A stretch of DNA of 64,000 nucleotides. Source: Puniceicoccales bacterium Verruco_01 (GTDB taxonomy: Bacteria > Verrucomicrobiota > Verrucomicrobiia > Opitutales > Oceanipulchritudinaceae). Numbering within the stretch: the first letter of the stretch is position 1; every line of letters starts with the position of its first letter. Positions 53,225 through 62,103 of the stretch are shown here, piece after piece. A program made the position numbers and the translations under genes. Under the pieces are notes generated by a model. That model worked only from the letters and a program-made list of their open reading frames with translations, was not told the DNA's origin and did no database searches. Location: the NCBI GenBank assembly GCA_001604565.1, contig LVBV01000015.1, positions 10,719 through 74,718 on the forward strand, in the 5' to 3' direction.

Positions 53225-53495
53225 TTGGCGGGCATCGTAATTTTCCCCGTTGCCCGCTTGACCGCGCGCGTCTTTCGTGTCAATGGAAGACCTAGGTCAT
53301 GAAGAGCGTTGCCGGCATTTTCTTTCTTTCCGGAACGACCCTGCGAATTAGCTGAGGGGTCGGGACGATTGTTCGCCGCGCCGTTTACGGGCGGCGTTCC
53401 CGGCTCCTGCGACCATTCCTTCCCGCGCTGGCGTCCGCTGTTTTTTTGCAACGACCCGCGCAAACGATGATTTCGGTTTAGCAGTTAATTTCGCC

Positions 53496-55076
53496 ATGAA
53501 CGACTCCAATTTGAAAGTGTTTGTTTACGATACGACGCTGCGTGACGGCACGCAGGGCGAGGGGGTTTCCTTTTCCGTGAGCGCCAAGGTTGCGCTGGCG
53601 AGGAAGCTCGACGAATTCGGCTTCGACTACATCGAGGGCGGCTGGCCAGGTTCCAACCCGCGCGACATGGCCTTCTTCGACGAGATCGCCAAGGTGAAGC
53701 TCGCCCATGCGAAAATCGCCGCCTTCGGCTCCACGCGCCGCGCGGGGATGAAGGTGGAGGACGACGCGCAGGTGCGCCAGCTTCTCGACGCGGGCACCCC
53801 CGTCGTCACGATCTTCGGCAAGAGCTGGCTCCTCCACGTGACGGAGGTCCTGCACACGACGCCGGAGGAGAACCTCGCCATGATCTCCGACACGGTGCGT
53901 CACCTAGTCCATAACGGACGCGAGGTGGTGTACGACGCGGAGCATTTTTTCGACGGCTATGCGGATCGTCCCGAGTACGCCCTTGCGACGCTCAAGGCCG
54001 CGGCGGAGGCCGGCGCGAGTTATCTCGCCCTCTGTGACACGAACGGCGGCACGATGCCCTCCACCCTTGCGCAGGTTGTCGCGAAGGTCGTCAAAACCTT
54101 CCCGAATGTGAAGGTCGGGATGCACTGCCACAACGACTGCGGCATGGCCGTGGCCCTCACGCTCGTGGGCGTGGAGGCGGGCGCGCTGATGGTGCAGGGG
54201 ACGATGAACGGCTACGGGGAGCGGACGGGCAACGCAAACCTGACAACGGTCGTTGCGAACCTTGCCCTCAAGATGGGCCGCGAATTGTCCTGCGCCGGGA
54301 ACCTCGGGGGGCTGCGCAAGCTCTCGCTCTACGCGGACGACCTAGCGAACTTGAACCCCGACGGGCGCCAGCCCTACGTGGGGGCGAGCGCCTTTGCCCA
54401 CAAGGGCGGCGTGCACGCCAATGCCGCGAAGAAGGTCTCCCGCAGCTACGAACACATCGCGCCGGAAACGGTGGGCAACCGCCAGCGCATTCTCCTCTCC
54501 GACATGTCGGGGTCCAGCAGCGTCGTCATGAAGGCGCGCGAGCTCGGCATCGAGCTGGACGAGAAGGACCCGAAGATGAAGGAATTCCTCGCGGTCCTTA
54601 AGGAGAAGGAATTCCAAGGCTACGAGTACGAGAATGCCGACGCCTCGCTGGAGGTCTTGATCCGCAGGCACTTCCAGGCGCTGGGCGACGTTTTCAAGCT
54701 CCGCGTGTACCGCGTCATCACCGAGGTGGACCGCCGCTCGGGCGAGATCGTCTCGGAAGCCGCGGTGAAGGTTCTCGTGAACGGGGAGGAGTATCACACG
54801 GTGGCGGAATCCGACGGCCCGGTGAGCGCGATGGACCGGGCGATGCGCAAGGCCCTGATCCCGCTTTTTCCCGTGCTCGCGAAGGTGAGACTCCTCGACT
54901 ACAAGGTGCGCATCCTCGACGCCGGACGGGGGACGGATTCCACCGTGCGTGTCCTCGTCATGAGCAGCGACGGCACCAAGACGTGGTGGACCACGGGGGC
55001 CAGCCCGAATATCATCGAGGCGAGCTATCAAGCCGTGCGCGACTCGCTCCTCTACGCGATCCAGACAGCGCAGTAG
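53496..55076 (+). CDS. cimA: citramalate synthase / LeuA-type-2 family
   Basis: 'VYDTTLRDGTQGEGVSFS', 'IEGGWPGSNPRD', 'HCHNDCGMAVA' and a C-terminal LeuA_dimer region. The ~526-aa length fits the CimA subgroup. Confidence 0.8.
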   Translation: MNDSNLKVFVYDTTLRDGTQGEGVSFSVSAKVALARKLDEFGFDYIEGGWPGSNPRDMAFFDEIAKVKLAHAKIAAFGSTRRAGMKVEDDAQVRQLLDAGTPVVTIFGKSWLLHVTEVLHTTPEENLAMISDTVRHLVHNGREVVYDAEHFFDGYADRPEYALATLKAAAEAGASYLALCDTNGGTMPSTLAQVVAKVVKTFPNVKVGMHCHNDCGMAVALTLVGVEAGALMVQGTMNGYGERTGNANLTTVVANLALKMGRELSCAGNLGGLRKLSLYADDLANLNPDGRQPYVGASAFAHKGGVHANAAKKVSRSYEHIAPETVGNRQRILLSDMSGSSSVVMKARELGIELDEKDPKMKEFLAVLKEKEFQGYEYENADASLEVLIRRHFQALGDVFKLRVYRVITEVDRRSGEIVSEAAVKVLVNGEEYHTVAESDGPVSAMDRAMRKALIPLFPVLAKVRLLDYKVRILDAGRGTDSTVRVLVMSSDGTKTWWTTGASPNIIEASYQAVRDSLLYAIQTAQ

Positions 55077-55100
55077 TTCTTCCAGTCCATTCGATTTGCG

Positions 55101-55131
55101 AAGACCCCGGGGATTTTCTCCGGGGTCTTTT
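55101..55131 (+). terminator. rho-independent terminator after cimA
   Basis: 'aagaccccgg ggattttct ccggggtctt ttg'. 10-bp perfect stem. Confidence 0.8.
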
Positions 55132-55205
55132 GAGGCTCGGCTCTCGTAAATCCGGCTCGCCAGAACGGCCTCCACCCGCTCAAAATCCCTGTTTTCGGCG
55201 AACGT

Positions 55206-55562
55206 ATGAATCCTTCGGCGACATCGGTGTTTCTTCAGACGGCGGGGCTCCTCGTCGTCTCCAACCTTTTCATGACGGTGGCGTGGTACGGCCACCTCAA
55301 GTACCTTCACGACCGTCCGTGGATCGTCGCGGCGCTGGTGAGCTGGTTCATCGCACTCTTTGAATACCTCGTGCAGGTGCCTGCCAACCGCATCGGCTTC
55401 ACGACCCTGACGCTGCCGCAGCTCAAGATCATGCAGGAGGTGATCACCCTCCTTGTCTTCGTGCCCTTCGCCCTCATCGTCATGAAACAGCCGATCAAGC
55501 TGGACTACCTCTGGGCGACGCTCTGCATGGTGGGCGCGGTGTACTTCATCTTCCGCTCGTAG
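55206..55562 (+). CDS. DMT-superfamily small membrane protein (DUF486)
   Basis: 118 aa with four TM segments. 'SNLFMTVAWYGHLK' and 'FEYLVQVPANRIG' are typical of DUF486. Confidence 0.75.
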   Translation: MNPSATSVFLQTAGLLVVSNLFMTVAWYGHLKYLHDRPWIVAALVSWFIALFEYLVQVPANRIGFTTLTLPQLKIMQEVITLLVFVPFALIVMKQPIKLDYLWATLCMVGAVYFIFRS

Positions 55563-55628
55563 TAATCACGCAAAGGCAACGGTGCGGTGTTGCGGAGGGG
55601 CGGCCTTACCCTCCATTCTGGGGAAGCC

Positions 55629-56018
55629 ATGATCAAGTTCCTGCACACCCGCCTTCGCGTTTCGGATCTGGAAAAATCGGTTGCGTGGTACTGCGGGCTT
55701 CTGGGCTTTCGCGAGGCGTACCGGATGGACAAGTCGCCCTCGGGGAACCAGATCGTCCTCCTCGAACTGCCGGGGAGCGAACACCAGCTGGAGCTGACGT
55801 ATTCGCCTGCCTACAACCTCATCGTGCCGGAGGACCTCGTGCACACCTGCGTGGGCGTGGACGACATCGCCGCCTTCTGCCTGGCCCTCTCGAAGAAGGA
55901 CGTGGACATCTGGCCGGACAACTGGGCGCAGATCTTCGTCTCCGGCGGCATGAAAATGGCCTTCCTCACCGATCCCAACGGCTACGAGGTGGAGATCCTC
56001 GAAAATCCGAAGAAGTAG
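55629..56018 (+). CDS. gloA: lactoylglutathione lyase / VOC-family protein
   Basis: 'FLHTRLRVSDLEKSVAWYCGLLGF', 'LELTY', 'HTCVGVDD', 'FLTDPNGYEVEILE'. Start at Met 55629. Confidence 0.8.
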   Translation: MIKFLHTRLRVSDLEKSVAWYCGLLGFREAYRMDKSPSGNQIVLLELPGSEHQLELTYSPAYNLIVPEDLVHTCVGVDDIAAFCLALSKKDVDIWPDNWAQIFVSGGMKMAFLTDPNGYEVEILENPKK

Positions 56019-56023
56019 GTTGG

Positions 56024-56062
56024 AATATCTGAAAATCTGCGGTCATACCTCTTCTGTTTCAA
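56024..56062. repeat. REP-like element copy (AATCTGCG ... CTGTTTCAA)
   Basis: 'atatctgaaaatctgcggtcatacctcttctgtttcaa' shares 'tgaaaatctgcg' with 61003-61014. It also shares 'ctgtttcaa' with the reverse complement of 60950-60958. Confidence 0.35.
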
Positions 56063-56065
56063 CGC

Positions 56066-56098
56066 AAAAGGGCGGGAAGGATTGCTCCCTCCCGCCCT
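56066..56098 (-). terminator. hairpin with T-run on the minus strand (terminator for the OMP gene; may act bidirectionally)
   Basis: 'agggcgggaagg attgct ccctcccgccct' has 11 of 12 bp paired. On the minus strand it is followed by 'tttt'. Confidence 0.5.
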
Positions 56099-56171
56099 GC
56101 CTTCCCGACAGGCCGGGTGATGGAACCGGCCTTCACACAACAACGTTCGAGCGAAGAAATCCAGTTGTCGT

Positions 56172-57104
56172 CTAGAATTCGTATTTGAGCTGGGCAAACC
56201 ACGCGTCGTTTTCCTTGGTGTTCGCAAGGGTGCCGAGAGCCGCCCAGCCGACGACGAGCGTGGCGTGCGAGTTGATAAGCCAGCTCGCGTCGATGGCGTG
56301 CCAGTTGTCCTCGCGGCCCACCAGGCCTAGGATCGTCCCGTACGGCCCGTCCTTCTGGCGGAATTCGTAGGCGAGGAGGAGCCACGAGGTCGGAATCACG
56401 ACGATGTTGCCCTCGAAGGTGGTCCGGCGTTCGTCCGCAAAGCCGAGGAGGCCCAGGTGCGCGGCGCTGGAATTACGCAGGCCCGCCGAGACGATGACCG
56501 GCCCGCCGCCCGGGGCGAAGCTCTTGCTTGCGGTGAGGGTGTATTCCACGCCTATGTCGTCATGAAGGCCTATCGAGGTCAGCGCCCCGCCGAGGCGGTC
56601 GTCGATCTCGGTGATCCCCGTGTTCTTCTTCAAGTGAACGCCAAAGGTGAGAGCGGGCAGGTCGGCAAGGTCGTAGCTGCCCTCCTTGAGGAGAAGCGCC
56701 CTTGCCGAGAGGGTTTGCAGCTTCACGTCGCTCCGCCCGATGTTCACGCCCGTCGCGGCGAGGATGTCGTCGTCGAGCGAACCGACGCCGAACTTGTCGT
56801 AGCCGTAGGAAAGTTCCAGCCGTCCCCAGAGCGTTTCCGTCGCGGTGAGGGCCAGCAGGTTCTTCTTCCCGGCGTTCACGTAAGAGGCGGCGAAGGAGGG
56901 CAGGCCGAAGATCGAGCCGTCCGTCGCCGGGTTCACGAGGTAGGCAATGGGCGTGATCGCGCCGCCGCCGTAGCCCTCGATCGTGTGGAAGGGAAGGGGC
57001 GGCGGGGCCGACGCTTCCGCTGGCTGCGACGTTTCCGCTGAGAGGAGAGGGAGCGCCGCCAGCGCGAGGGCCGCGGCGATTGCGAGTGTTCCGTAGTGTT
57101 TCAT
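56172..57104 (-). CDS. outer-membrane beta-barrel protein (DUF3034-like, tentative)
   Basis: Signal 'MKHYGTLAIAAALALAALPLLSA', alternating beta pattern, terminal 'LKYEF'. The family name is from memory only. Confidence 0.6.
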   Translation of the reverse strand: MKHYGTLAIAAALALAALPLLSAETSQPAEASAPPPLPFHTIEGYGGGAITPIAYLVNPATDGSIFGLPSFAASYVNAGKKNLLALTATETLWGRLELSYGYDKFGVGSLDDDILAATGVNIGRSDVKLQTLSARALLLKEGSYDLADLPALTFGVHLKKNTGITEIDDRLGGALTSIGLHDDIGVEYTLTASKSFAPGGGPVIVSAGLRNSSAAHLGLLGFADERRTTFEGNIVVIPTSWLLLAYEFRQKDGPYGTILGLVGREDNWHAIDASWLINSHATLVVGWAALGTLANTKENDAWFAQLKYEF

Positions 57105-57585
57105 GTATCGATTTCTGGTTTGTGTTTGGTTATCCAAATCTTGCGACGGTTATTCGACGCTTTGTAAAACGCTTGGGAAAGGATGTGATCCGGTTTCCCC
57201 ACGGGGGCGTTCACGGCCCGTTTCGGCGGAGTCTCGTCCGCCTTTTTCCGGCAACGCGCCGGAAGGATTACGCCGTCATGGAAAGGCGCATTCGCATCGT
57301 CATCCGACAGCACGCGGGTCCGCGACGGGACGCACTCGGGCGCGCGGCGGACTCTTTCGCGAAACTGGAGGAATGCTTCTTCATGGAAGTTCCGCCACTT
57401 TGCGGGAAATCTATACTAAGTCAACCAATTAAGTAAAGATAAATGGTATTTTCCCGTATCCTGTTCCTGGATAATAAATTAGAAAGAGAGCATGCCGGAC
57501 GGGCGGCTCGGGCGGCTATCTCGTTCTTCCAAAACGGGAAGAGTACGCTTTACCGGCGCATCCCACTGGGACAACATTGACGGTC

Positions 57586-58746
57586 ATGGATTCACGCTAC
57601 GAAAAGCTGGCGAAACTTCTCTCGGAATTTTCCATGCGCCTTGGCAAGGGCGACAAGGTGATGATCGACGCCTTCGACGTGCCGGACGAAATGGTCCTTG
57701 CGATGATGCGGGCGGCGCGCGCGCGCGGTGCGATGCCTTGGGTGCGCCTGAACCGTGCGCGCGTGACCCGCGAGGCGATGATGGCGGTGGAGCCGGAGAT
57801 GCTGGAGCTTTCCGCAAAGCTGGAACTGGAGCGGATGCAGGCGATGAACGCCTACGTGGCGCTGCGAGGGGCGGAGAACATCTTTGAATCCTCCGACGTT
57901 CCGTCGGAGAATATGCAGGGGATCCTGAAGATCAACCGACCCGTCCTCAACTGGAGGGTAGGGAAGACCCGCTGGGTGGTTCTGCGCTGGCCGACAAGCG
58001 CCATGGCGCAGCAGGCGCGCATGCCCACCGAGGCCTTCGAGAAATTCTACTTTGACGTCTGCACGATGGACTACGCGCGGATGCGTCCCGGCATGAAGGC
58101 GCTCAAGGCCTGCATGGATGCCGCGAGCCGCGTGGACATCGTGGGGCCCGGCACGGACCTGCATTTTTCGATCGCGGGTCTCGGCGCGATCCCCTGCGGC
58201 GGGCGGCGCAACATCCCCGACGGCGAGGTGTACACCGCCCCGGTGAAGGACTCCGTGGAGGGCGTCCTTTCCTACAACACGCCGACCGTCTATCAGGGCG
58301 AGGGCTTCGAGAACGTGCGCCTCGAATTCTCGAAGGGCCGCATCGTGAAGGCCACCTGCAGCGGAGATGACGCGAAATTGAACAAGATCCTCGATTCCGA
58401 CGAGGGCGCGCGCTACATCGGCGAATTCTCCTTCGGCTTCAACCCGTACATCAAGGAGGCGATGCGCGACATCCTCTTCGACGAGAAGATCGCCGGCAGC
58501 TTCCACTTCACCCCCGGGCAGGCGTACGAGGGCGTGGCGGACAACGGGAACCGCTCGCAGGTACACTGGGACATGGTTTGCATCCAACGCGCCGATCACG
58601 GCGGCGGCGAGATCCGCCTCGACGGGCGGCTCGTGCGCAAGGACGGCCTCTTCGTGGACGATCCGGAGGTGGAGAAACTCAATCCCGCCTTTCTCCTTTC
58701 GGACGAGCCCTTCGAGGACGTGCCGGGCGACTTCTCGGACTGGTAA
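57586..58746 (+). CDS. M29-family aminopeptidase (AmpS/PepS-like)
   Basis: '[23 protein letters not shown]', '[11 protein letters not shown]', '[10 protein letters not shown]', '[13 protein letters not shown]'. ATG at 57586. Confidence 0.9.
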   Translation: MDSRYEKLAKLLSEFSMRLGKGDKVMIDAFDVPDEMVLAMMRAARARGAMPWVRLNRARVTREAMMAVEPEMLELSAKLELERMQAMNAYVALRGAENIFESSDVPSENMQGILKINRPVLNWRVGKTRWVVLRWPTSAMAQQARMPTEAFEKFYFDVCTMDYARMRPGMKALKACMDAASRVDIVGPGTDLHFSIAGLGAIPCGGRRNIPDGEVYTAPVKDSVEGVLSYNTPTVYQGEGFENVRLEFSKGRIVKATCSGDDAKLNKILDSDEGARYIGEFSFGFNPYIKEAMRDILFDEKIAGSFHFTPGQAYEGVADNGNRSQVHWDMVCIQRADHGGGEIRLDGRLVRKDGLFVDDPEVEKLNPAFLLSDEPFEDVPGDFSDW

Positions 58747-58770
58747 GACCGGGCGGCCTCAACCCGCGCG

Positions 58771-59631
58771 CTACAGGCGGCAGGTCGTGATGTCGTGGGC
58801 GATGATGCCCTGCGCGCCGATGGCGGCGAGGGAGTCGATCACTTTGTTCAGCTCCTTGCGGCGGACCATTGCGGCCACCGCCATCCAGTCCGGATCGTGC
58901 AGGGGGGAAAGGGTGGGGCTCTTGACGCCGGGGGTGATGGCGCAGGCTTCCTCAAGACGGGCCTTCGGGGCCACGTATTCCAGAAGGCAATAGGCGCGTG
59001 CGAGTAGGATGCCCTCCAGCCGCTTGACAAGGGTGACGAGCTCCGGCGCTTTTTCCCTGCCGGGTGCGCTGACAAGGAGCGCCTCGCTGTACATCACCGG
59101 CTCGCCGATGATCTCAAGGCCCGCTTCGCGCAGCGTCTGGCCGGAATCGACCACGTCCGCAATCGCGTCCGCCACGCCGAGCTGGATGGAAATCTCCACC
59201 GCGCCGTCGAGCTTCACGATCCTGGCCTCCACACCGCGCTTGGCGAGGTCCGCCTTCACGATGTTCGGGTAGCTGCACGCGATGCGTTTGCCCGCGAGTT
59301 CCTCGGGCTTGGTGACGCCGCAGCCCTTCGGCACCGCGTAGCAGAAGCGCGAGCGCCCGAAGTTGAGGTTCAGGACCTCCGTCACGGTCGTCATGCTGTC
59401 CGCGACGAGGTCCGTGCCGGTGATGCCCGCGTCGATCACGCCGCTTGCCACGTAGATCGCGATGTCGCGCGGGCGCAGGTACAGGAATTCCGTCTGGTGC
59501 TCGCGATCGAGGATGGAAAGCTCCCGCCCGGAACGGCGGCAGCGGTATCCGGCGGTGGAGAGAAGATCCACCGACCCGTCCGAAAGCGCACCCTTGTTGG
59601 GTATCGCGACCTTGAGCATGTTGCAGGACAT
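58771..59631 (-). CDS. hisG: ATP phosphoribosyltransferase, long form
   Basis: 'MLKVAIPNKGAL', 'FLYLRPRDIAIYV', 'GVADAIADVVDSGQTL' and a C-terminal regulatory domain. The start may be Met at 59619. Confidence 0.95.
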   Translation of the reverse strand: MSCNMLKVAIPNKGALSDGSVDLLSTAGYRCRRSGRELSILDREHQTEFLYLRPRDIAIYVASGVIDAGITGTDLVADSMTTVTEVLNLNFGRSRFCYAVPKGCGVTKPEELAGKRIACSYPNIVKADLAKRGVEARIVKLDGAVEISIQLGVADAIADVVDSGQTLREAGLEIIGEPVMYSEALLVSAPGREKAPELVTLVKRLEGILLARAYCLLEYVAPKARLEEACAITPGVKSPTLSPLHDPDWMAVAAMVRRKELNKVIDSLAAIGAQGIIAHDITTCRL

Positions 59632-59634
59632 CCC

Positions 59635-59898
59635 CTAGAGATGCCGGTACACGTCGTCGAGTTCAAGCCCGCAGGAGATCATCATCACCTGCGCGTGGTA
59701 GAGCAGCTGCGAGATTTCCTCCGCGGTGCGCTCCTTGCCCTCGTATTCGGAAGCCATCCACACCTCGGCGGCCTCTTCCACGATCTTCTTGCCGATGAAG
59801 TGCTTGCCCGCCGCGAGTTCCTTGACGGTGCCGGAGTTGGCATCCCCGCGCGCCGCCTTGGCTTTCAGTTCCTCGAAAAGCTCGTCGAATTTCTTCAT
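59635..59898 (-). CDS. hisE: phosphoribosyl-ATP pyrophosphatase
   Basis: The last 87 aa of ORF 59635..62067, '[28 protein letters not shown]...EEAAEVWMA...[13 protein letters not shown]', is the MazG-like HisE fold. It lies 3 nt upstream of hisG. Confidence 0.9.
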   Translation of the reverse strand: MKKFDELFEELKAKAARGDANSGTVKELAAGKHFIGKKIVEEAAEVWMASEYEGKERTAEEISQLLYHAQVMMISCGLELDDVYRHL

Positions 59899-60080
59899 GG
59901 TGAAACCTAGGCGATAACGCAGGGCCCGCCCGGGGGCGAGTCTCTTTTCGCGCTCCGGTGCTCCCGGCCCACTTGGATTCATCAAAAAAGACGACCCTTG
60001 TGCCCCCGTTCTTTTACATTTGAGTTTACTTGCGGTGAAGAATTGTAAAAAATACATGCAACGCGGATCGTTGTATTGGC

Positions 60081-60097
60081 AGCATCCCGCGGATGCT
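60081..60097. promoter_or_regulatory. 7-bp-arm palindrome AGCATCC-CGC-GGATGCT upstream of the response regulator
   Basis: Perfect inverted repeat 42 nt upstream of the GTG at 60139. The operator role is conjecture. Confidence 0.15.
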
Positions 60098-60138
60098 CCC
60101 TTCCAAAGACGGAACCCTTTTCCCCCAAGCGAATTACT

Positions 60139-60891
60139 GTGAGCAGCAAGCCATTGATTCTCATCGTCGAGGACGAGAAGGACCTCGCAGACGTCATCGG
60201 ACAGCAGATCGAGATGGCCGGCATGACCGTTCAGGTTTTCTACCGGCCCGCGCATGCGCTCCGCTATCTGGAGCATGGTTTTGCCAACCTGATCCTCCTC
60301 GACGTGAACATGCCCGAGATGACCGGGTTCGAACTCATGGCGGAGATCCGCCGCCGCGGTATCGAAACCCCGGTCATCTTCCTCACCGGCAACGACAACG
60401 AGATTTCCAAGGTCAAGGGCCTTGAAATGGGCGGCGACGACTACATCACCAAGCCCTTCAGCAATGCGGAGCTCATGGCCCGCATCCGCGCGGTGCTGCG
60501 CCGGGCGGAGACGGCGGGCGACCTTCAGGTGACAAAGAACGTGTCGCTTGCGCAGGAACCCTTCCAGTTCGCGGGCGCGACGGTGAATCCCGAGCGCATG
60601 GAGATCGTCTTCCCGAGCGGCAAGGCCGAATCCATTGGACGCAAGGAACTGGGCATCATCTGCGCCATGCAGGGCAATGCGGGCGTGGTCCTTTCCCGCC
60701 GCACGCTGATCCACATGGTGTGGGGCATCCACGCGGACGTGCGCAGCCGCAGCCTCGATCAGTACATCGTGCGAATCCGGGGCCTGCTCACCCGCAACGG
60801 TTGCGACTTCGACAGCTTCCGCACCGTTCACGGCGTGGGCTACATCTACGATCCCGAGCACAAGGGCGACGACGCCGCTCCGGGAAAGTAG
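60139..60891 (+). CDS. OmpR/PhoB-type response regulator
   Basis: '[15 protein letters not shown]', '[16 protein letters not shown]' (phospho-Asp), 'DDYITKPF', then the winged helix '[15 protein letters not shown]...[11 protein letters not shown]'. GTG 60139 preferred over TTG 60076. Confidence 0.85.
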   Translation: MSSKPLILIVEDEKDLADVIGQQIEMAGMTVQVFYRPAHALRYLEHGFANLILLDVNMPEMTGFELMAEIRRRGIETPVIFLTGNDNEISKVKGLEMGGDDYITKPFSNAELMARIRAVLRRAETAGDLQVTKNVSLAQEPFQFAGATVNPERMEIVFPSGKAESIGRKELGIICAMQGNAGVVLSRRTLIHMVWGIHADVRSRSLDQYIVRIRGLLTRNGCDFDSFRTVHGVGYIYDPEHKGDDAAPGK

Positions 60892-60938
60892 GACTGGTTC
60901 TTCGTGATTCTTCCGGCACGGAACGGAAGAAGAAATTG

Positions 60939-61027
60939 ATCCACAGATTGAAACAGGATTTTCGCAGATTTCCAGAAACAGGAGGTTCTGATTCTTGAAT
61001 CTGTGAAAATCTGCGTAATCTGTGGAT
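60939..61027. repeat. REP-like long imperfect palindrome between convergent genes
   Basis: 11-bp perfect outer arms 'atccacagatt' (60939-60949) and 'aatctgtggat' (61017-61027). Inner arms are 'gattttcgcagatt' versus the reverse complement of 'aatctgtgaaaatc' (13/14). A separate 8-bp hairpin 'ttcttccg/cggaagaa' lies at 60908-60930. Confidence 0.6.
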
Positions 61028-61058
61028 GAATTCTGTTTTCCCCGGTTGGTCCCGCGTC

Positions 61059-62030
61059 CTACATCCCGAGAAGTCGCAGGCCAGCGGCCATCCAGAGCGG
61101 AATGGTGAGCAGGCCGAGGATCACGCTCGAAAGGATTACCTGCACCGCCACAGCGGGGCTGCCGCCGTAGAAGCGCGCGAGAACAATGGGGAACACCGCC
61201 GCGGGCATCGACGCCTGCACGATCAGGACCTGCTTGAGTTCCGGCGTGATGGAAAGCGACAGGGCGAAGACGACGCAGAGCGCCGGGAGCAGGGCGTTCC
61301 GCAGGAAGAGGCCGAGGGCCGGCACCTGCCAGCGTCCGAGCCATTCGCCGCTCTTCACAAGGTCGCACATCGTGGCTCCGCTCACCATGAGGCCCAGCGG
61401 CACCGCGCAGGCGCCCAGCATCTTGAGGGCCGCCAGAAGCACGTGGTAGAAGCTCCCGAGCGTCCCTCCCGCCTCCGGCAGTCCCGCGAAATTCATCGCG
61501 AGGCCCGCCACGAGGGCCAGAAGCGGCGGGTTCAGGAGCTTCCGCCACACGCCGCGATCCACCTTGCCCGTCAGGACGAGGATGCCGAAGGTCCAGAACA
61601 TGAGCTCGATCCCCACGTTGTACACAAGGAGCACGCCCATCGTGGGGCTGTCCGCGCCGAAGAGCGACGCCGCCACCGGAATCGCCATGTACCCGTAGTT
61701 GTTGAGCCCCGCCGAGAAGGCGAAGGTGCGCCGTCCCGTGCCCACCTTCATGCCGCCGAAGGGCGCGGCCAGGTACGCGAGACTGATGGAGGCCACCGTC
61801 ACGAAGGCACCGAGCGACAGCCCCATGGAGATGTTTGCCGGGTCCTTCAGCGCGGGATTGCCGAGGATGAAGGTGAGGATGAGGAAGGGGTAGAGGAAGT
61901 TCACCACCATCTTCATCACCGAGCCGTCGGCCTCCGGGGCCAGCCAGCCGCGCAGCCGCGCGAAGTACCCCGCGCCGATCACGAGAAAGACCGGCACCGC
62001 CGCGCCGAAGACGGTGAGAAAAGTGGACAT
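61059..62030 (-). CDS. AEC-family (auxin efflux carrier) transporter
   Basis: 323 aa with about 10 TM segments. '[13 protein letters not shown]', 'FLYPFLIL' and 'QASMPAAVF' are typical of the Mem_trans family. Confidence 0.8.
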   Translation of the reverse strand: MSTFLTVFGAAVPVFLVIGAGYFARLRGWLAPEADGSVMKMVVNFLYPFLILTFILGNPALKDPANISMGLSLGAFVTVASISLAYLAAPFGGMKVGTGRRTFAFSAGLNNYGYMAIPVAASLFGADSPTMGVLLVYNVGIELMFWTFGILVLTGKVDRGVWRKLLNPPLLALVAGLAMNFAGLPEAGGTLGSFYHVLLAALKMLGACAVPLGLMVSGATMCDLVKSGEWLGRWQVPALGLFLRNALLPALCVVFALSLSITPELKQVLIVQASMPAAVFPIVLARFYGGSPAVAVQVILSSVILGLLTIPLWMAAGLRLLGM

Positions 62031-62103
62031 GTCTTCTTACATTCCGGGTTTTGACGGGAAAGCGCAATCTCTTCCCCCGTTTACGGTCAAGCGGAGCGCC
62101 ACC

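Noticed and set aside
53225-53495. Possible leader or attenuator upstream of cimA (T7 run at ~53441-53447)
   Set aside because: I could not find a convincing stem immediately preceding the T-run or a leader peptide rich in branched-chain codons.
60077-60092. Possible sigma-54 promoter 'TGGCAG-N4-CCGC' upstream of the response regulator
   Set aside because: The -12 element lacks the conserved TTGC/TGC context. The match is no better than expected by chance in GC-rich DNA.
59899-62067. Upstream 720 codons of the 810-aa minus-strand ORF 59635..62067
   Set aside because: Only the last 87 aa (hisE) form a real protein. The rest runs antisense through the response regulator and out of frame through the AEC transporter, with Arg/Gly/Pro-rich composition.
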